NCBI GenBank assembly: GCA_963828715.1
Contig: CAWHFX010000018.1
Coordinates: forward strand, 9,178 to 73,177
DNA: 64,000 bases
Direction: 5' to 3'
Source of the DNA: an uncultured beta proteobacterium
Lineage (GTDB): Bacteria > Pseudomonadota > Gammaproteobacteria > Burkholderiales > SG8-41
Shown in pieces: positions 57,905 through 64,000 of the stretch. The notes beneath the pieces were generated by a model. It had not been told where the DNA came from, made no database searches, and worked only from the letters and a program-made list of their open reading frames with translations. The stretch's first letter is position 1. Every line of letters begins with the position of its first letter. The translations under genes were made by a program, and so were the position numbers.

Positions 57905-58885
57905 ATGAAAGCCCATCCTCTCCTGCTCGTCCTGATGCTTATGGCCCTCGTCCGCGGAGCCGCAGCCGCGCCCGCCGAAGCAGTCAAGGACTACCCTCAA
58001 CGACCCGTGCGGCTGATGGTGCCGAATGCGCCAGGCAGCTCGGTGGATACGCTAAGCCGGATCGTCGCCACGAGTCTCTCTGAAGTTCTTGGGGAGCAGG
58101 TGGTCATAGACAACCGACCGGGTGCCGCCGGGGTAATTGCCATGGAAATCGCCAAGGACGCGACACCCGACGGCTACACCCTTATCAGTGCGACAACTGC
58201 AGCTTCTACCGTCGCGCGAATGTTGCAGAAAAATCCCACCTTCGATCCAGTCCGCGACTACGACTATGTGGTGCAGTTCGCTGAAACTCCGAACGTCCTC
58301 GTGGTGAATCCTTCTTTGCCCATCAAGTCGGTCAAGGACCTCATCGCCTACGCGAACAGCAAAAGCGGCGACTTTAGAATGGCCTCGGCGGGTGCGGGTT
58401 CCCAAAGCCATCTCTCAGGCGCCTTTTTCCAGCAGGCGGCAAAGATCCACTCGCTGCACGTGCCGTACAAAGGCGGTGGTGCGTCGGTCGCTGCTGTGAT
58501 CAGCGGTGAGTCCCACTGGACGCTCACGCCCGCGCCAGCCGTGATGTCGCACATCAGCTCGGGACGCCTGCGTGCGATTGCACATAGTCTGCCAAGGCCG
58601 TCGCCAGTGCTTACGAATATTCCGCCGATCGCCGAAACGATTCCGGGCTTCGACTACAGCGGCTGGCAGGGCTTCTTCTTCCCGCTCAATACGCCGAAAA
58701 TAATCATTCAGAAGATGCGCAATGCGGTCGTGCAAACGATGGGGCGGCCCGAAGTGCAGAAAGGCATGGCGCTTCAGGCAACCGCTATCGTAATCAGAGA
58801 TGCGGCAGAGTTCCGGAAGGTCGTGCAGGACTCGATGGAGAAGAACGCGAAGCTCGTGAAGAGCCTTGGACTTACCGCAAGTTGA
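57905..58885 (+). CDS. Bug/TctC-family substrate-binding protein
   Basis: Start MKAHPLLLVLMLMALVRGAAA at 57905. YPQRPVRLMVPNAPGSSVDTLSR...IDNRPGAAGVIAMEIAKDATPDGYTLI. Confidence 0.88.
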   Translation: MKAHPLLLVLMLMALVRGAAAAPAEAVKDYPQRPVRLMVPNAPGSSVDTLSRIVATSLSEVLGEQVVIDNRPGAAGVIAMEIAKDATPDGYTLISATTAASTVARMLQKNPTFDPVRDYDYVVQFAETPNVLVVNPSLPIKSVKDLIAYANSKSGDFRMASAGAGSQSHLSGAFFQQAAKIHSLHVPYKGGGASVAAVISGESHWTLTPAPAVMSHISSGRLRAIAHSLPRPSPVLTNIPPIAETIPGFDYSGWQGFFFPLNTPKIIIQKMRNAVVQTMGRPEVQKGMALQATAIVIRDAAEFRKVVQDSMEKNAKLVKSLGLTAS

Positions 58886-58955
58886 TGATCGAGCCTGAGA
58901 CCGAATAGCCGCTGCCGTCCGAACGGAGGGTTCCCCGCAAAAGGCGGCGGTACGC

Positions 58956-60251
58956 TTAGAAATACAGCCGTGCGCGAATCTCGACGCGACTCGCATTCTG
59001 CTTCTCTCCGAAGTCCGTTTTCTCGCCGCCGTGCAGCAGGAAGAGTTTCAACCGCAGCTCCAGGTTCGTAATGCCCGTGTACACGAGCTCGGGGGTGATG
59101 GAGAAGCTTCCGTCCGAGAGATTCACGATCGACGTAATCGCGGGCGTGAAATACAGGATGTCGAAAGGATCCTTCTGCTGCGCCCGTACGTAGGCGTATC
59201 GGTTCATCGCCTGCGGACGCCCGTAGCCGGCGGAGGCAGCCGCGTTCGCGCGTCGGAGCAATGCATCGCTGGCACTCGATTGAAATTGCGCGAGCCCGTC
59301 GTCCACCAGGCCGAAAAAATCCTGCATCTCCGCTTTCGTGTAGCCCGCCTCGTTTCGGTAGTACTCGACGATGTATGTCGTGTCTTTCGCAGTGAGATAT
59401 CGGATACCGAGCAGGTAGCTGAGGGCATCGCTGCGATCGACCGTCGGCGCGCCCGAGCGCGTGACGACGCGACGTTCCGCGTCGCTGATGTGCGCCCATT
59501 CGCCATGGATTTCCAGATTGCTGGTGATGTTGCGCGAGAAGTCGAATCCGAAACGGCCCGTGCGACTGCCTCCGGTGAAGTAGACGAAGTCGATGTCCGT
59601 GTCGAACCAGAGGAGATAGAGCTTCGCCGCAACGTTCGTATGGCCTGTCTTGCCGAAATCGCTGTTTACATCCTCTCGGACCGGCAGCACGACAGGCGTG
59701 AACGCGATCGTCTTGAGCGGCCCGGGAAACGTCCTCACCCAGTCGCCGGTCGCCATCCAGAAGCCCTCCCGGGCGAGCTCGGGATCGTTTGGATCTTTGA
59801 GTCGTTCGACGAATGCGACCGGGTTCCAGGCGTACCCCTTGCCCCATTTGAGCGCGATCTTCCCGGCTTCGAGGGTCAAGCCGGGATCCGGTTTCCAGGA
59901 GGCGGCAAGCTCATCGAAGCGAGCCGTGTGTTGTTCCCCCAGATCGTCGTGCACGTACTCGAGGTGCGTGCGAGCGCGCAGTGCAGTGGTGCCGCGGATT
60001 ACCTTCCCTTCGAGCTTCAGCGCGGCGGCGTCCCGATTCAGCGATGATCCCGGCCCATCCCGGTAAAAGCTCAGGCCGTAGAAGGCGCCGTCCCGGTTCA
60101 GACGGAAGAAGTCGTGGCGATACTCGACGTAGCCGCCGAGCTCGAATGGCTTGCGGTCGAACTCGGACGCGTCGAAAGTGAATGTCGAATCCGCGGCAAC
60201 GGCATTGAGCGCGAACGCCAGCAGGCCGAGCCAGCACGCGCGCATGGACAT
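58956..60251 (-). CDS. Outer-membrane beta-barrel protein of unknown function (last gene of the ABC/LolA-like operon)
   Basis: Signal peptide (MSMRACWLGLLAFALNAVA), alternating beta-strand-like pattern, C-terminal ...VEIRARLYF* with a terminal Phe typical of OMPs. Confidence 0.65.
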   Translation of the reverse strand: MSMRACWLGLLAFALNAVAADSTFTFDASEFDRKPFELGGYVEYRHDFFRLNRDGAFYGLSFYRDGPGSSLNRDAAALKLEGKVIRGTTALRARTHLEYVHDDLGEQHTARFDELAASWKPDPGLTLEAGKIALKWGKGYAWNPVAFVERLKDPNDPELAREGFWMATGDWVRTFPGPLKTIAFTPVVLPVREDVNSDFGKTGHTNVAAKLYLLWFDTDIDFVYFTGGSRTGRFGFDFSRNITSNLEIHGEWAHISDAERRVVTRSGAPTVDRSDALSYLLGIRYLTAKDTTYIVEYYRNEAGYTKAEMQDFFGLVDDGLAQFQSSASDALLRRANAAASAGYGRPQAMNRYAYVRAQQKDPFDILYFTPAITSIVNLSDGSFSITPELVYTGITNLELRLKLFLLHGGEKTDFGEKQNASRVEIRARLYF

Positions 60252-60258
60252 GCACCGT

Positions 60259-60984
60259 CTATTTTCTGAGGTCATCCACGCGTCCCAGGTTGGTGAGCGT
60301 GAACACCTCGTCCTTCAGTTCGCGCCGCTTCAACTGGGAATAGAGCATGACCGACTTGTAATCCTTGAAAAGCGGACTGTCGGTTTCAACCGTCGCCGGG
60401 CGCCGGATGCCGCCGCCGAAATCCTTGATATCCGAGAAGCGGAGCGTCTTGATGAGCATGCCGCTGGCGGCGTAAGCCTCGATCTTGGTGGGCAGGAGCA
60501 CCTTGCGATCCACCCACATCCTGAGCTTGTCGTACGCCACTTCGCCGGTCCGCGCTTTGAGTGAAAGCACATAGAGTTCGTTCTCTTCCTGCATCGCCTC
60601 GACCACGTACTCCTCGGAGTAATCGATGCGCAGGATGTCTGCATTGTTGAAAACGCCTCCGGTCACCGATTGCAGGCTCGTGATGCGCACGGGCTTGCCG
60701 ACATTGGGGATGTAGAGCCACATGTTGTCGCCGAGCCTGAGCGTGGCGCGCCCCTTGTCGCTCGATGGCGCGAGAAACAATGCCGCGACCTTGTCCCGGC
60801 CTTTCTTGGCCGAGAACAGAACGAATTCCTTCCGGGTGCCGTTCGGCTCGACGTTGATGAGCTTGCGGTACATCTCGTAAGACTCGGGCTCGAGATTGCG
60901 ATCGACCTTTCTCAGGATCTCCGCCCCGTCCGCGGCGAGCACGATGTGAGAGAGCAAAAGCAGACTTGCCAGGAGCGTTTTCAT
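60259..60984 (-). CDS. Outer-membrane lipoprotein-sorting (LolA-like, DUF4367-type) periplasmic protein
   Basis: Signal peptide MKTLLASLLLLSHIVLA. ILRKVDRNLEPESYEMYRKLINVEPNGTRKEFVLFSAKKGRDKVAALFLAPSSDKGRATLRLGDNMWLYIP is typical of the family. Its ATG overlaps the permease stop (ATGA). Confidence 0.75.
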   Translation of the reverse strand: MKTLLASLLLLSHIVLAADGAEILRKVDRNLEPESYEMYRKLINVEPNGTRKEFVLFSAKKGRDKVAALFLAPSSDKGRATLRLGDNMWLYIPNVGKPVRITSLQSVTGGVFNNADILRIDYSEEYVVEAMQEENELYVLSLKARTGEVAYDKLRMWVDRKVLLPTKIEAYAASGMLIKTLRFSDIKDFGGGIRRPATVETDSPLFKDYKSVMLYSQLKRRELKDEVFTLTNLGRVDDLRK

Positions 60985-62228
60985 ACGTGCCTCAGCGCAG
61001 TGATGGGATTCATTCGGGACGCTTTCCACGCGGGCTGGACGCTCGCGAGAACCGCAACTGCGACTACCATCAGGCCGACGGTGGCCACGTCGCGCGGCGA
61101 CACGCTGCCAACCAGGGGCAGGTCCTGCTGCTGCCCGAAGTCGAACGTCAGCCCTGCGGCGTTCAACGCCGTAAGCGTCGCGATGCTCACGACTATTCCG
61201 GCGAGAGAGCCGACGACTCCAAGAAGAAAACCCTCCGAGATGAACAGTCCGAGTATCCGTCCCGGACGCGTGCCGATGGCCGCCATGGTTCCGATCTCCC
61301 GAATGCGCTCGTAAACGGCCATGATCATTACGTTCATCACGCTGACCAGCACGATCGCGATCAGCATCACCCGCACGAAGAGCGTCATCATGTCGATCAT
61401 GTTCGCGACGTTCGCGAACGGCGACAAGCGCTGCCAGGTATGAACGTCGAGGATCGCAACGCCCTGCTTGTTCTTCAGCTCGGAAAGGCTCGCTGCCAGT
61501 GACTGTGCGACCGCATTCACGCGGTCCGGGCTCGAGAGGCGTATGGCGATCTCGCTTACCTCCGGCTGCGCCATGCGCAGAAGCTCCCGCGCGTCCTCGA
61601 TGTGTATGTAGCCGTCGCGCCCGCCGGGTCCAGTGACGCTTTCGACTTCGCTCCTCACCTTGAAGGTCTTGCCGTTGACGGAGCCGTCCTTGTTCGTGGC
61701 AATCAGAACGACCTCGTCGCCCGCCTTCACCCGGAGACCGCGGGCAAGCAGCACGGGAACCAGGATTTCGCCGCGCTCCAGTATCGGTTCACCGTGCGGG
61801 ACGTTGCGCAGGCGACCGGGCAGCAGTGGCGTCGTCAAGGCTTCGTCATGGGGATCCACCCCATTCACGCGGATACTCGTGGTCTCAGCGAAGTTGCTGA
61901 ACATGGCCCCGAACTTGACCCGGTTCGACCAGCCGACCACGTCCGGCATCGTCTTCAGCACGTCCTGCACCTGCGTGGTCATGCCCGCGCCCATGTTGAG
62001 GTTGAGCGGGAGACTGTCGATCGACGCGACGTAGCCGCGGCGGTGGACCTGAAGATGGCCGAGCATCGAGTCGGTGATGGTCGAGACCATCATGTCTTTG
62101 AAGGAGCCGGAGACGCCCACGAACGTGAGCACCGCCACGACGCCGATGACGATGAGCGCCGCTGTAAGCAGGGTGCGCCGTCGATAGCGCAGGAGGTTGC
62201 GGATGGCAAGCTTGATGGCGTTCTTCAT
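60981..62228 (-). CDS. FtsX/MacB-type ABC transporter permease (LolC/E-like)
   Basis: 415 aa: N-terminal TM, large periplasmic domain, C-terminal FtsX 3-TM bundle ending ...AWKASRMNPITALRHV. It overlaps the ATPase gene stop by 4 nt. Confidence 0.85.
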   Translation of the reverse strand: MKNAIKLAIRNLLRYRRRTLLTAALIVIGVVAVLTFVGVSGSFKDMMVSTITDSMLGHLQVHRRGYVASIDSLPLNLNMGAGMTTQVQDVLKTMPDVVGWSNRVKFGAMFSNFAETTSIRVNGVDPHDEALTTPLLPGRLRNVPHGEPILERGEILVPVLLARGLRVKAGDEVVLIATNKDGSVNGKTFKVRSEVESVTGPGGRDGYIHIEDARELLRMAQPEVSEIAIRLSSPDRVNAVAQSLAASLSELKNKQGVAILDVHTWQRLSPFANVANMIDMMTLFVRVMLIAIVLVSVMNVMIMAVYERIREIGTMAAIGTRPGRILGLFISEGFLLGVVGSLAGIVVSIATLTALNAAGLTFDFGQQQDLPLVGSVSPRDVATVGLMVVAVAVLASVQPAWKASRMNPITALRHV

Positions 62229-62926
62229 GCGACCCTCGGTGGTTCTTCGGTGCCGTCAGTCAGGCGGCCGTCTTCGAGCGTGAGTGTGGTCTCGGCTTCC
62301 TGCACGATCTTCGGGTCGTGCGTCGAGAACAGAAACGTCGTTCCGAACTGGTCGCGCATCTGTTTCATGAGCTCGATGATCCGCAAGGCCGTAACCCGGT
62401 CGAGGTTCGCTGTCGGCTCGTCGGCGAGAACGAGCTTCGCGTTCGTTACGAGCGCGCGTGCGATGGCCACGCGCTGCTTCTGACCTCCGGAGAGCTGGTC
62501 CGGTCTTTTGCCCGCATGAGCGGCCATGCCGACTGCCTCGAGCACGTTCCGGACGCGACTGGAGCGCTCGTGAGGCGCACGCTTCTGCACCATCACCAAC
62601 GGATATTCCACGTTCTCGTATGCGGTGAGGACGGGCACCAGGTTAAAGTCCTGAAACACGAAGCCGATGTTCTGACCGCGAAAATCGGCCGCCGCGCGTC
62701 GGCTCAGACCGGCAACGTCGGTCCCGAGCACCTCCAGCTTGCCGGACGTGGGACGATCCAGGCACCCGATCATGTTGAGCAGCGTTGACTTCCCGCTGCC
62801 GGATGGGCCGACGAAACACACGAATGCGGAGGGCGGAATCGTGAAGCTCACGCCTCGTATGGCGTGCACATCGATATCGCCCAGCCGGTATGTTTTATGG
62901 AGATTCTGCGCATCGATGATCGACAT
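62225..62926 (-). CDS. ABC transporter ATP-binding protein (LolD/MacB-type)
   Basis: Walker A GPSGSGKST, signature LSGGQKQR, Walker B LVLADEPT. 233 aa. Confidence 0.92.
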   Translation of the reverse strand: MSIIDAQNLHKTYRLGDIDVHAIRGVSFTIPPSAFVCFVGPSGSGKSTLLNMIGCLDRPTSGKLEVLGTDVAGLSRRAAADFRGQNIGFVFQDFNLVPVLTAYENVEYPLVMVQKRAPHERSSRVRNVLEAVGMAAHAGKRPDQLSGGQKQRVAIARALVTNAKLVLADEPTANLDRVTALRIIELMKQMRDQFGTTFLFSTHDPKIVQEAETTLTLEDGRLTDGTEEPPRVA

Positions 62927-62998
62927 CGAACGCTCCTTGTCTCGATCGAGTATTCGTGTAGCGAGTTACCGTGGATGGCTTAGGATCGCGACGCAGGA

Positions 62999-63271
62999 CT
63001 AGGTTGCGTCCGGCGCGGAAGGGAAACCGCCGAGTCCCGGTCGCTCCTCCACCAACGTGAGCAGTCCATGAACCTGCTCGCGTATGTTCGGCGAGGCCGT
63101 CGGGATTGCGGCGAGACTTCTGAGCACGTCTCTCACGCGTTCGAGCACATCGGCCAGATGATTGCGTTCGATCTCGAGGCCTCGTGCATAGAGTGCGAGC
63201 TCGACGTGGCTCTTTCCGGAGAGCTCGATCGCTCTGTCGTTCTTCCCGCTCGTTTTCCAGGTGCTCATCAC
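62999..63271 (-). CDS. Hypothetical small protein
   Basis: 90-aa ORF upstream of the ABC operon on the same strand. Mostly helical-looking; no family recognised. Confidence 0.35.
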   Translation of the reverse strand: MMSTWKTSGKNDRAIELSGKSHVELALYARGLEIERNHLADVLERVRDVLRSLAAIPTASPNIREQVHGLLTLVEERPGLGGFPSAPDAT

Positions 63272-63437
63272 GGCCGATCATCCTTTGGGGCTGCGATGGA
63301 GGTCGTTCGACCTGTTCGCTGGCGTGGCACGCGTACCTGCCGGCGCGGGAACACTGCGTGGCATGCGCGGCCGGGAACGGTGGCCGCGCATGTAACGGCA
63401 GTCGCTGCGAGTCGGCGCCCCACTCAGCACCCTTTGG

Positions 63438-64000
63438 TTACCAGCGCCCGCGAGGGCCGGCCTGACCGAACCGCATGTGGCCGAGGTAAAGATCGGCCTG
63501 CGCTTTCTGCTCGGGCGTAAGCACGGCATAGAGCTCGCGAAGACCCTTGTCGAGATTCTCGAAGCTGGCCGCACGTTGCTTCGCGTGGTTCGCATGCAGC
63601 GTGGTGCGGTCCTGAGGCGTCTGGCTGCTGAACATCGCGGTCCTGAAAGCCTGCATATCCGCGGCCTGTTGCTTCACCGCTGAACCGTAGGCATTCCAGG
63701 CGGCTTCCTGGTCGGCCGTGATCTTGAGCTCGCTCTTGAGGTAGGCGAGCCGCGCTTCGGCATTCGATACGGGATTGAAGGCGGGGCCGCCGCCGCGCGG
63801 GCCCATCCAGCCGGGCCCCGCGCCAGGTCCATGCCCGCCGCGCGGGCCCATGCCGGGGCCTCCGCCCCATCCCATCATCATTCCTGGCCCCGCGCCGTAC
63901 GCACCGGGGCAATCGGATCGCGACCCGGCAAAGGGTTGAGCGTTCGCGGCCGCTGCTGCTGCTGCGGCGAATCCGGCAGCGAGTGCGACCATCAGCAATT
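63438..64000 (-). CDS. Spy/CpxP-family (LTXXQ-motif) periplasmic protein with Gly/Pro/Met-rich N-terminal region; 5' end at or beyond the window edge
   Basis: Signal-like ...ALAAGFAAAAAAAANA, a GPGMMMGWGGGPGMGP repeat region, and LTPEQKAQADLYLGHM (LTXXQ). The ORF reaches 63998. Confidence 0.7.
   Translation of the reverse strand, partial: LLMVALAAGFAAAAAAAANAQPFAGSRSDCPGAYGAGPGMMMGWGGGPGMGPRGGHGPGAGPGWMGPRGGGPAFNPVSNAEARLAYLKSELKITADQEAAWNAYGSAVKQQAADMQAFRTAMFSSQTPQDRTTLHANHAKQRAASFENLDKGLRELYAVLTPEQKAQADLYLGHMRFGQAGPRGRW

Overview
All calls come from hand translation and family-level motif recognition; no searches were run. The window has two unlike halves that meet at about 43.15 kb.

Left half (1 to about 43,150): very GC-rich, with Acidobacteria-like gene content. 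It holds four Ser/Thr kinases fused to TolB-like propeller or TPR sensor regions, three hybrid histidine kinases, an ADOP-type permease relic, CarboxypepD_reg, DUF1080 and PQQ-dehydrogenase/cytochrome c genes, mutM, a RES-Xre toxin-antitoxin pair, and an ArsR-linked DabA/DabB (DUF2309 plus NuoL-like) inorganic-carbon pump operon.

Right half (about 43,150 to 64,000): visibly lower GC, with Betaproteobacteria-like content. It holds four Bug/TctC binding-protein genes (one truncated), an ECF sigma/anti-sigma pair, a sulfite/sulfur island (CMD, SorAB, TauE, two YeeE/YedE, thioredoxin-like protein, ArsP-like permease), an MFS transporter, and an OMP/LolA-like/FtsX/ABC envelope operon.

At the junction, two 5' gene fragments abut head-on with no mobility gene or tRNA nearby.

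Main observations:
- About 21 single-nucleotide indels in the left half are strongly clustered: the dab operon, one hybrid kinase, and only the catalytic domain of one Ser/Thr kinase. About 15 kb and 7.5 kb stretches elsewhere are clean.
- Two in-frame mini-gene relics survive.
- The sulfur island is bracketed by diverged direct repeats in the order A-X-C'-Y-A'-C. This order fits Campbell-type integration or a junction duplication.
- The left half carries several families of phased intergenic repeats.

I saw no rRNA, tRNA, CRISPR array, transposase or integrase.
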